A DNA stretch of 64,000 bases, taken from positions 7,254,001 through 7,318,000 of the forward strand of contig OZ116702.1 of the NCBI GenBank assembly GCA_964199315.1, in the 5' to 3' direction. This DNA comes from Orbicella franksi (Eukaryota). Of this stretch, positions 24,134 through 36,300 are shown one piece after another. The stretch's first letter is position 1, and every line of letters starts with the position of its first letter. The position numbers and the translations under genes are program-made. The notes beneath the pieces are model-generated. The model ran no database searches. It saw nothing but the letters and a program-made list of their open reading frames with translations, and was not told the DNA's origin.

Positions 24134-27100
24134 TCAGAGCACAGGAACATTTTCCTTCTTGTTTGAAACATTTGGAGAACTAAATTGTGAGTTTTCTTTA
24201 TCACCGTCATGAAATTCTTGAAAATACTCATGTTGAAGGGCCGCTATTGCACCAATTCTTCTCTGAGGGCTAAAAATGAGCATTTGCTGAAACAAAAGAG
24301 AGAACTTGCTTATTAGATAAATAAACCTTGGTTAATGCTCTTACTAGTTACATACTGCAAATAATAGGGGTCTCCAAGGGTTTAAGCACTTATTAAAACA
24401 GTTTCCCATTTAAGTGTGTTAACAACCAGTTACAACTTGTGTCACTGTTTTTCCTCGTGCAAACAAAAAGACATTGCAGTGCTCCATCTATGCCAACTTG
24501 CCTGGGTTATCAATCCATTTGGGATTTATTTGGACATAAGAGTCTTGGAGAGTCATAGAAACATCTGAAAAAAATATCTCTAGGCCTGGAAAAGTCATTG
24601 GCTCATGCATGAAAACAATCATCAAATTTCCGAAATTATTATAACATACACAGTGCAAACCAAAATAGAAGGTGAATTATTCAGATAAAAGACCAAAAAA
24701 CTTTCGCAAAATTGTAAATCTCATAGATCTGCCCTTTCTCTCCATTCTGTGCACGAAAACACATAAAACTAACAGTATTCCATGTACCCTGTATGTGTTT
24801 CTGGTGTACATTTTTTAGTTTCATACCTTGAGTAAATGAGTTCCACTTGAGCACATCTCTGGTACTAACTCCGCCAGGGAAAATGAAACATATCTTGGGA
24901 ATGATGATCGTGGAAGCGAAACACTTGATGGCCAATCACTTTGTGAAGGAGTACCTATAATACTAGAAAACAGGAAAGAAAACATCAATATCCAGTTGTA
25001 AAGTAGAGATCCTATAACAACATGCATTTATTAGAGGAATTCTGAGTCTGTTTTTGTACAGTAGTTTAAAGGCTGGGGAGGGTGCCCATTTGTTTACAGT
25101 AGATGGGAAAATTATTAGAGAACTTTTTTACTTTATGGCATTGTGTTTCTCTACAAATATTTGCATCATTCATTGGTTGGTACCTTTAATTTGGCTAGTG
25201 ATCAATTGATAGAGATGTTGAGTCACTGATTAACACATGATTAAATAATAAAAACAAAACCTTGGATCCATCATTATAAATCACTTGCCAGATGAAAAGT
25301 ATTAGTGACCAATTTCTTTATAGACCTTTGCATAAGTGGCACCTAAATTTGAATAACAATACTTTATACATCCCAAGCTTCGTACTGATGTTTCCAGACA
25401 AAGGACTTTTCACATGAATGTGAGGCTTAGGATGTATAAGTATTGTTATTCAAATATCCACACCATTTATGCAAAAGCCTATAAAGCTTAACACCTAAGC
25501 TTAGCAAGCAAGAAAGGCAAACCAAGTCCAGTGAGCTTGCTTGGTGTGCAGTCTGTGGTATTACAGAGATTTAATGTGTTTTGTCTTGGATTGGCTTGAT
25601 GTTTTTGCACAGTTTTGAATAGTAGAATAGAAATTAAAACTATGCAAGCAAATGGTTGTTACAAAGTTTTTTAGGCAGCATTTATTGCTGGTTGGAGTAG
25701 GAGGCTGGCTTTGCCATCTTTCTCTGAAGACCTTTAAGAGTTAAAGTTTAGCAGAGTAGCTGGCCAAGATCATGAGGTAACTAGTGATTTTTGCCAGCTG
25801 ACAGCTACTTTTGACAATCCTGCAAAGCGCAGTTAAATCCTTTTACATTATGAGGATATGATATGGACTATAGGTAAAAAGGTAAAGTCTGCATACAAGC
25901 CAAGTGGCCCTGCCATCAGGCCAGTGCTTAACTTCGGTTTCTGTGGCATGGAGCAACCAGGAGTATTTCTACTCCCCTTCGCTGGGATGCTAGTCCATCG
26001 CAGGATAACTCCCAGCAGTACCCATTTATACACCTGGGTGGCATGAGGTACTGTGGGAGTAAGTTGTCTTGCCCAAGAACACAACACAATGTCCCTGGCC
26101 AGGACTCAAACCTGGACCGCATGATCCGGAGATGAAAACAACTCAGTCTGTAAAAGCATGGAAACACCCTTAGAATTTTTATCTTGGAGTCATTGGTTTA
26201 CCTAAATATTTTATGCAGCTGATCCACATCTGATTTTCCTTCAAACAGTGGTTTTCTGTTATAAAGTTCTGCCATGATACACCCAATGCTCCAAATGTCC
26301 ACGGCTGTGGCATAACTGGAGTGAAGGAGAACTTCTGGAGCTCGGTACCACAATGTTACAACCTACAACAGATCATAGAATAAACTTATATAGAAGAAGA
26401 ACTCAATGTTCTTTACATGGTTCTGATAGTTAATTTGTATTCTACTCTTGGGAATGAAAGGGCTTGATTTTTTTTTAAATTTAGATTTTTATCTTTTGTT
26501 AATTATAGTGTCCTGCAGTTACTTTTTTCCCCTAATCTGGTGGTTTTCCTTTTATGGGACACTGATAGAGCTCTCTTGTGAACCATCCAGGCAAATGGCT
26601 TTTTCAATTTTTTCTTGAATTTTTTTAAATTTATTTATCTAATATATATATGTATATTTTTCATTTTCATCACGATCACTTTTTTTCCTGACTTGTGAAT
26701 ACATTTATATCTTGTTATTGAATTATAATGAATTAAGGTTGTCTCCAAATGCAAGTGCAAATTAAAGATTCACACCTCAAGTGAAATTTGAAATTTTCTT
26801 AAAATTCTATGAGCCTTTCTGGACCAATGAATCAGCCATGTCCATGATCTGAAAGAGTGGACGATAGTGTCTTTGATTTGCTTGTTGAACTTGTATGTGT
26901 ATAAAGTTTAAAAATGTTCTGGTTTTGATTACCAACACTTGTTTAGTTTATTTATAGCATTTACAGGTGAAAGAGTCTTCAGGTAAAAGACAAGTTCATG
27001 ATATCGAACCAGCTTTCTTCTTTTCTCCAACTTACCACTGACGTCAAAGCCATGGCATCACGGTATATCCTTGCGAGACCAAAGTCAGCAATCTTCACTT

Positions 27101-30100
27101 GGCCTGTTTTAGAGACCAGGATATTCTGTGGTTTTAAGTCTCGATGAACTATGCGATGGGAGTGCAAGAAATCGACACCATTCAACAGTTGATGTGTGAT
27201 GTCCTGATAAATCAAAAGAGTTTAGTCACTGCCTAGTACTCAAGGTCAATAAAGTAAGCTCATAAGCTAATGAATTTATTAGATTAAGTTCTCAGAGAAC
27301 AATGTGATTTCTTCTGGTTATAAAAACCCGATACTGTAGAGATACTTTACAAAGAGCTTATGCTAAGCAGCTTTTCATCAGCATTTGGCAACTGCAGGGC
27401 TTGTTAAGTGGGATATCCTGTTCAGAGTGCTTTATCATGTAGTATTCATTGATTGTTTTGAGTTAGATGTAATCCCTACCCCCCCCCCCCCTCCAGACAT
27501 CATTAGGTCCTCAGAAAACAGGATCCTTGGACAAACTGATGCCCAGCATGGATAAAAACAGTAGTAACTTAACATTATATTATATGACAGAATTAAGGTT
27601 TGGAATTAAATCTTTGAACAATAAACGGAAGTCATCATTCAGTCAGAGTAATTTTTTGAGTAGAGACGTGTTAAAACATGTTAATTTTAAGGGTCCACGT
27701 GGCATATGATAAATTGATAGGTGTTTAGATTGACACTTTCAAGATTCACACTCTTGAGTTAACCAATAGCCTCTCTGAAATCACTCAACTCTGTTTTAAT
27801 TGTCATAATTAATGGAGAGTGAAAAGAAAAGAACTTTTTCCATACGCGTATTCATTTGAAAGGAACGTGGTTCCAGTAACTAAATCTCAAAGAATGTGAC
27901 CTTTTAAGTGATCATGCTGTGCTGAGAACAGAGTGAAATTTGCAGGTAATATCCAGAGTATTATGAAGAGGGCCAATGTTATTACACCTACCACAAAATA
28001 TCTAATGAACCATTTTGTATATTTTTGGTTCCAAAAGCTGGATTTGCATAAATTGCAGTCTAAACATCGAAGACATCTCTATCCTGATTAGAATTTTGAA
28101 TGAATTGGTGTTCATGCATGTACAATGAATTAAGCTCTGGATTGTTCATCAAGGGTATTGAAGAAAATGAAAATCATGTAGTTTGAGTGCAAAACAGAAG
28201 CAAAACAAAAAAGTGGGTGATTTAGGTTCCTTAGAAATGAAACACTTTGAGTGGTTTTTAGGCACTCAACAGTATATCTATTTTGACAGTTCAGGTGTTA
28301 ATTGCCTTGTTCAGATCAAGTGATGTTCCCTGGAGCATGAATTTTCCTTTAGCTATAGCTTTCCCGAGTGAGTGAAATATGTCTTGATTTGCATGTGATT
28401 AATAATAATTTTATGCATCTTAACAGTTACACACCTTGATTTTCCACTCTGGCAGTCCCGGTTGAGGGCAGTTCTCGAGGTAAACACTAAGATCCTGCTC
28501 AATGTGCTCGAATACAAGTGAGAGATGGGTCTCTTGACGCAATGGGGATGTCGTGTGAAACACATCCAGTAGCCTGTGGAAAAATTCAAGAGAAATCTGC
28601 GTGAAAAACCATTAATTTTTCAACTTAATTATAATCTCAAATTAATTATTCCCTCAAGATAATACACTAGGCTTTTAACCCAGTCACTACCAGAGAGTCG
28701 CACCTCAATACAACTAATGAGGTTCTAAATGTCTTGTCCATGAAAATCAAGGGTGTGACCATTCAATTAAAAGTTCCCTGTTTTGAGTAGTACTTTCATT
28801 TGGTTTAATTTGTTTCACAGTGTAATTTCAGCCTACGAAATGGAATTTTGGGTGTGTTCCATTTTCAATCTGTGGGACTCCATGAGAGGGATAAGAATAA
28901 ATGAATATTCACAACAGTCTAGTTAAAGATGTTAAGCTTAAGAATGCCTTAAGGGTGAATGAGAAAAATACAGCAAACAGGTAACCAAACCTAACTAGAA
29001 GACAAAAGAGTTATCCTTGTTTGGTATCAAAAATTCCATGGTACACAATTGTTGTAGTGAAAGTTGAAACTGGAATTTTAGATACGTATATGCAAAGAAG
29101 TACCATATTTCTTCAATTAAGTGCCCAGCCTCAAATAAGTGCCCACCTCGCATAAGCACCCACTCTTAAGATCCAACAATTCAATAAGCACCCTTGGTGT
29201 GATATCAAATAAATATGGTATATGCACTACGTGTGCCCAAGGAAATTTGAGTTGTTTTAGTCTGAAATAGTTATTTTTCTATTCCTTCAGACAAAAAAAA
29301 AGAGCCTCAAGAGTCAATGGATTTCATCAAGAGCAATCACATACATACATGAACTTATTCACATCTGAAATAGGAGATAGATTTTAAGGATTTAGTTCAT
29401 AATGGGCCGCCAATTTTACATTTCATCTCTTCAACATGCTATAGAAAAGTGGAGATTTTGGTTAACAAATAGAGAAGCTTATAAGGTCATTTATTGCATT
29501 GCAAGAAAACACAATAGGTATTTGGGGAACACAGGAGAAATGTAGAAAATGTGAGCAGCGTGTGCAGGTGACTGCTTTTTACATTTCCCAAGTGTTCACA
29601 AATTCCCAGAGTGTTTTATAAGAATATTATACATGCTTTAGGCTTCTTCATATATGTTGTGTCATAGATTTAACACATGCATAATAATAAAGAAACTTTT
29701 CTGTTTTTTATTCTAATAAAGCAGCTTTTTAGTGAAATATTGAAGTGTGTGCAGAACCCAATGTGTATAATTATAACCTGAAGGGTGAAAGTTCTGAGAA
29801 CCAGGTAACACACCAAAAATTTGAGTACTTTCCACTACAGTTTGGAGAATTTAGTGAAACATGTTTAAGAGTTTCATTCTTTTTAGTACCTGTTTGCTTG
29901 ACAGTGTATCAATTTTGTAAAGAGAAATTTGAAGGAAGTTTTTTTCACTAGCGCACAAGCATTAGCTTAAGCAAAATACACAGACACATCAAGGTGTTGT
30001 TAAGTAGGGTCATTTCTTGGGAAATTTGCCTAACAAAAGGTGTTAATTATCAACATGTTACTGCATCTGCATAAGTCAGCTTATGTTATGTTTTTGCCCT

Positions 30101-32602
30101 CATGGAAATCAACCTTAATTGGTCAGCTTGGAAATTGAAGTGTTCTGCACTGTGAATTACTTGGGCCCATTAATTGTATGCACAAGAATTGGGACAATCA
30201 AACCTTAATTTTTCTATCCGAACTAGCTCAATCAAGTTTTTATCTAAGTCTTCTTAAAACATAACAAAAAATGACAAGTGTGTTGTTTCAGTGGAGGAAA
30301 TGTCAAGAGAAAAAAGAAGAGACATACAGACAAATGATGTGACTTTTTAGATTGAATGAACACCCTCTGATCACATGAAAGTCATTTTCCTGATGGCAGG
30401 GAGGGTTGAATTATTAGAAGGTCGTGCTCTTGGGACCGAGGTAAGTGTGAAAATCACGTACACGGTTGCTGCCTAATTAAACCACTGGAGATCCATTGTC
30501 GAGGGCCGATTTATACATGCAGTTTTACAACACGCAATCCGTAATGAGACTTTGACAGTCGCGAATGGAATGAAAAATGAAAATAATGTTGATCAGAAGG
30601 TGGAACAAGAGAGATTGTGGAAAACACTCTAAGAATTAAGAGATCCTTAACATCAAGGAACGAGCAGAAATGATAGTATGACCCTTTTCGAATTAATACT
30701 CATTTGTTGAACCATTTACAGCATACGCTGCAGCTTGATGTTGAGTATTATTCTCGCGGTAAACCAAAAAGAGTCCTTCCCATTTCTTTCATTTACCTTC
30801 GAGAGCAATGAGAGAACTTTATCGACGCGCCGGATTTGTTTAAAATTCAACAAAGGATTTTGTTGGTACAGTCTAAAATAAACAAAAGCGCGCTGTTTCT
30901 TTTGAAGTCGTAATCAATGGTGATTTTTGTATTTCAAGCAGAAGCTTGTGAATTATGCATCTACCAAGGCATGAATCGTCGGCAATAAACTTGTGAAATC
31001 GAAAGCGATCGCATTTAGGTCCTCGTATTATCGCATGATTTCCCAAGCATATGTGTATAACAAAGTATTTATTAGTCAAAACAAATTATTGATCAAATTT
31101 CTTATTGTCAACCTTCGAGTCCCAGAGCTTAAAGAAAGAATGTGTACTTAATAAACGCGCTCTTATCAAACTGTCTGACTATCACATGAATTCGGCCGCC
31201 TTTGACAAAGAATACGTAACGCTCACTTTTTTCAAGCTGAGAAACAGGTCAAAGTTTTATGGTAATCCCACAAGAATGTAAATCCTTGATTAAATGCTCC
31301 ACTCGCTGTGTTTGTTCGTTTTCACATCGAGATAAAACGCAGCGTTGAAAGGTCGACTCGGACATCAGTCAATCGTATTTCAGAAACTTGAGACGTCAAG
31401 TTAAGGTAAACAGGGCTTCCAGAAACGACATCAGCAGTTGGTTCGGTGTAATGGAAGGCGTAAATGTTACGTAAACATCGCCCTTTCTGAGTCCTGTTGA
31501 TTTTCAGCGCGAATAATGCACTCTCGAGGTTTTGCGGCAACAAAAAATGGAGTTACTTTCAAAGGCGGGATTTAAATTTACCCTCGACATCGCGGGAAGT
31601 CGTTCAGCCAATCACATTCCTACTCGGCCGGTAAAACCTACTTCCGGTGAAAGCAAAACATACACAAACTTCCTTTGCAGCCGATATGAAAATCTTGGGC
31701 CGCAGTGTCAGGCTTTCGACCTCGTCGGAATTTTTTTTGACATTCTCGCGTATCCAATGCTAACCAGATGGACACAGGACAGAGTAAAACATCAGAATAC
31801 AACCAAATGAACGGTGATTTATTCCGTGAAGATTTTAATTGTTATCTATTGAAGCGCTAAAGCCTTTAATTATGCGGTATATAAACATGTTTCGGCGGTT
31901 AAATTAATTTCTATCCTGGAACCTGCAGAAGATCTTGCAGAATGCGGCTGTATTTCGCGCAATAAAAAATGAACTTGACTAGAAGCCCGAGAGGCTGGAG
32001 TGTGTTCAACGGGACACAATTGAATTGTGAAATTACAGGTTTGGTAGCTCTCGGAATGCAATAATTAAACAAAAGATGAATTTTAATACGTCTTTGCTGA
32101 GGGCCAAATTTAACGAATATAAATCCCTCTTTTAATTTTTTCTTTTAGCTAAGTTTAATCATTTAGGCCTCTCGTGTTTGGAGGGGAAATCTTGGCGCGG
32201 ATAAATAAAAATAAAATAAAACAAAAATATTCGCGTTGATATCTGGTACAATGAGGGAAGGGTTACGGTTTCGCAAGGTTCTCGGGAGTTTGTGTAGCAA
32301 CCCACAGACACACCAAAAATTCTGGATCTCCAAAATAACACTTTATATTTATCGCCCATACTTCAAACAGGTCAAACAAACCGTTTAGCTTACCTGACGA
32401 TGTTTTCATGCGAGAAATTGTCGATCTGCTTGAGGAGGGCTATTTCACGGATTGTGGAGAGTGGCATTCCTTCTTCGCTGTTTACAATTCTGACTCTCTT
32501 CAATGCCACGAAACGGCCTTCGTTCTGAAGATCGCGAGCCTTATACACGGTGCCATACGCTCCATTCCCGATCTCAGCCACCTCTTCGTACTTCTGAGCC
32601 AT
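24134..32602 (-). CDS. CDK6: Cyclin-dependent kinase 4/6 family (CDK6-like), 321 aa, 6 coding exons
   Basis: Exons are 32602-32394, 28573-28435, 27203-27036, 26362-26202, 24962-24827 and 24286-24134. All introns are GT-AG (966 nt). Motifs: [52 protein letters not shown] and [24 protein letters not shown] is diagnostic of CDK6/CDK4; invertebrates typically have a single CDK4/6 gene. Confidence 0.96.
25319..25483. mobile_element. Palindromic MITE
   Basis: Outer arms tagacctttgcataa / ttatgcaaaagccta and inner arms atttgaataacaatactttatacatcc / ggatgtataagtattgttattcaaat. Confidence 0.8.
25872..26135 (-). mobile_element. tRNA-derived SINE with CORE-like segment, copy 3 (head truncated)
   Basis: Homologous to copies 1 and 2 (ggagtatttctactcccc..gggatgctagtccatcgcagg..cttgcccaagaacacaacacaatgtcc). 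Confidence 0.85.
29101..29220. mobile_element. 120-bp Tc1/mariner-type MITE
   Basis: Ends taccatattt / aaatatggta including TA, with internal aagtgccc/aagcaccc repeats. Confidence 0.7.
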
Positions 32603-33065
32603 GGCTCCAATTTCAAAGCAGTTCAGTAGCCGAGGTTCACTGTCTCAATCTCGAGGCTTTGCTCATTTTAGCGTGACATGGCGAAGCATCCAGGGCTTGA
32701 CATCCAAGAATCTTTCCCTTCTTATCGCGTTGGCCAACTTGTAAGGATTGCCACCAAATCCTATGAATCTGCTCCTCAATTTTCCATGGAAGTTGCCCTT
32801 CACAATTGGGGTCCTACGAGCTAAACATACAATCGGATCGTCCGCTAAAAGAGTTTAGAGATTCGATAATGCTTCATAAATGGAAAGTAAATATTCAACT
32901 TCAATTCCGCTCTGGTCTCGGAGGAATTAGAAGTCGCATACGGTTTCAATTCAATTGGGTATTTATGTAAAACAATGCTAAAATAGCTGGGTTATCACTT
33001 TTTTTTTTCCCCCTAAATCAGTTCACCAGAACGCGATCTACTCGCTGGCAAGATGCGCGACTTAC

Positions 33066-33300
33066 TTTGATCACGAACACTAAGCGGAGATTTGAATGAA
33101 TGAAAAAGTCACATGAAGACTTCAAAATAAAGGTTGCAAGGTTCGCTGCTTTAACCACGTGCGCGCGTCTATGCCTATTTATTTCCTGTTGCTCAAGCGA
33201 CGCTTGTGATTGGTTGCCGAGGGCTTTGCAGTCTGTGTATCGGAATGCGGGATCTATTCATTGGCTGGCATTGTCACGCCCTCGCTGATAGTGGCCAATG
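33066..33300 (-). promoter_or_regulatory. CDK4/6 non-coding first exon and CCAAT-box promoter
   Basis: Minus-strand donor AAA|gtaagt (exon ends at 33066), with acceptors at 32821 or 32814. ATTGG lies at 33209 and 33260 and CCAAT at 33295. The start site is not determined. Confidence 0.6.
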
Positions 33301-36300
33301 GAGGCAATTAGAGAAACCTAAAAATACAATTTTCTGCATGGAAAAAGAAAAGAAGCTCGGAGACCACCTACTGGATAGAAACGGAAAGCAATGATTACCC
33401 AAAGAACTAATGTTGTTTTCTAGCACATGGTGCACCATCTGCGACCCATCTCATATTTCACTCTGCACACAAAAAAATGGTCACAAACTTCTAAGAGCGT
33501 TGTGTACATTCAAAGAACTACTCAGCAACAACAATACAACAGAATCTCGAAGGCACCGGAATTCAGCGGGACATGTTGACTCGAGTCGATCACAAGAGCC
33601 ATCAACATCCTAAAGAGGTGGAGTCCTCGACAACATTTTCTAGATCTTATCTAATTGACTTTGTCCGTTGTCGAGGCAACCGAAGAATCGATTACAATAT
33701 CGGAAATTGAGCGACAGATGTCTTTGGTACTCATTCATTGGCAAAGCGAGGCTTTGCCAACGTTTAAATGTCCCTAATCAAACTGTTTACGAGCGAAATG
33801 CTGACAAACAAGCCACAAGGTGGAACGGTCCAATTGTTTCTCACAAGTTACCTGCCCGTCACGGTTTGGAGTTTTTCACATTCGGTAATTAGGAGCTGAT
33901 TGATTTAATTTCATCAATATTTCAGCCGCTCGTTAAAATTCCCTCGTGGACGGAACATATTTCGGTATTACAGTCCCCGAATTGCACGCTCACGCGAAAT
34001 CTTGAGCTATTCAGGTAAAGTGATCTGCTTCAGAAATACTCCCGCATCAGCCCTGATGAAATCAGACTTTAATTAATTAAATAATCATCATTCTTTTCTC
34101 TCTTGCTGTGCATTTTTTTGTGTGACTTCCCACTGAAAAACCTACGTCATTATTCACACGAGGCTTTTGAACGGAGCCGACACTGAGCACAGAAACCATT
34201 GACCTTCTACAGGTTGAATTTCACTTTCTTATACTCCCGTTGCCTTTCTCAAGGTAAACAGCTTTAGTTCCAGTTACAATATCCCGAGGACAAGAGAAGA
34301 AATTCATCGACTATCTCTGATCTTGATTGAGCAACAAATTCTCAAAAGTTAAAGTAGAAGAAAAGTATGACAAAGAGTAAGAGGAATTCGTCTTTGGAGC
34401 TTTTTATTGGAATGGTCAGGAATGGTTTTAAGTGCAAAACCCACATAAGTCAATTAGCAAGCATTTCTTGCTCTGTCACTCATTATAGCAATTTTAACAA
34501 GTCACGCGGCTTAGGATAAGTGTGGGCGCGTTAGGGTGAAGGTAAACTATCTTAAATTATCTTATACACGTCAACGAGTCACATGAAGGCCAGCAGACGA
34601 CCGCTATGAAAACGAAACACGTGCTCTGTCAAGGAACAAATAAGAAAGGAGATAATAGTCATTTACTATAGTAATCCAGTAAGCAAGCAAGAAAGCAGAG
34701 CGACATGCTACAGGCAGGTTAAAGCTATAATTCTGAGGAAGGCATCAAGCAGCGCAGGTATGTAGGTAGGTAGGTTGATAGCTAGGCAGGCAGGCTTAAC
34801 TAAAAAAATATATAAAACAGTAATGTTACTAAATATAAAGTTGGTAAAGTGAACAAGGAAAAAGTCAGCGCCTTGTTGAAAAAATCCAGAGAGGAGCTTA
34901 TTAATGCGTTAAACGGTAATACCTTTTTTAAAGTGATAACCAGTTCTGTTATGTGCTGTAGCTCGTCAACCCACAATGACAATAAAGTTTTAGTCAAAGT
35001 AATACCGCGTCAACTCATGGTTATTAATTGTTCTCTATAAATAAACCTCAAGTTTCTAAGGTTTACAGACTTAGAAACACATGTGAAGTGGGAACCCACT
35101 TTGTTTTTACTGTAAAAACAATTGCGACTTCTAGTTTTCTCTTCAAGTTAGTTTAACTAAACACGGAGCATGCCGGAATGTTGAAAGTTTTACTACAAAA
35201 TGCGTGTTAAAATTTTGAATAGCTAAATAAGTCAACGAAAAGAAAATTATCGTAGAAGAAAAAGCACTCGTCGTTCGTTCAAATGGTTTTAATCACACTG
35301 ATCAATGAACCTATTTACAAAATTATTTAATTGATCACGAGGTGTAAATGTCAATCAAACGTTCGAAATCAATTCTCTGGAATGTAATTACGTAACTCGA
35401 TGACAAACGAAACTTTCGTGACAAAAATATCTATCGGCCAATGAGGAAACTCATTTTGAAGTAATGAGAGCATAATCGCAGAGCCAAGAATATTAAATAT
35501 TTACAACTTCGATTCTAAATTGGTCTACATACGCTCTTCAGTAGGCCGGTTTGTGACACCCAGAGTAGCGTCTTTGCAGCAAGCTACCCTGCCTAAATAG
35601 TCGTTTAAAATGTGTATTCCTTTTGTAATTTTCTTGATAATATGGTTATGGTGATCGCATCCCTGCTTGGTAGTAACTGATTACTTCTACTCATATTCTG
35701 CTTGTTGGAATGATATTTCCATGATTAAGCGAGTTTCATAGACTGCAATTTTTAGTTCATGAAGAAACAATTATCGTCTTATAATCTAAGTAACTTATTA
35801 ATTTTATCCACTTATTAAATAGGTTTAGCTATTTGGATGATCCAAACTCCATCAGTCTACACATTACCTGTAAATTTGCCTTTAATTTGTTATATATGTT
35901 ACCCATGCTAAATTTAGTATTTGCTTTTTTAATCACCTTTTAAAAATAAATTTGTGCAGGCTAGAAATAAAATGTCGTCTTATGTTTAAATATGTCTCAG
36001 GCACCACTGATCTGGGAAAGCTGCACTCTGGTATTAGTTTGATTATCGTTTGCAAGTAACTGACCCCAGATTGCTTAACCTTTCCTGTTCATTTACTGGC
36101 GGATGCCGTTTTCGATTCAGTTATTTTGGGGGAAAAAAACTAACTTCTTGTTCTGTTGCTACATGATGCTCACTAAAGCTGACAACCAAAAAAATGTCCT
36201 GTTCTAATCGAAATTCCGGTAAGCTTAGCTGACAAGATGATAATGTGTTTGCAAAAGTTGAAGCGATCGATGACAGCGGGAAAAGGTAAATATTTACCAC

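Noticed and set aside
33540-33892. Death-domain-like pseudogene frame (EESITISEIERQMSLVLIHWQ)
   Set aside because: About five stops in ~115 codons is what random sequence gives, so the resemblance is subjective.
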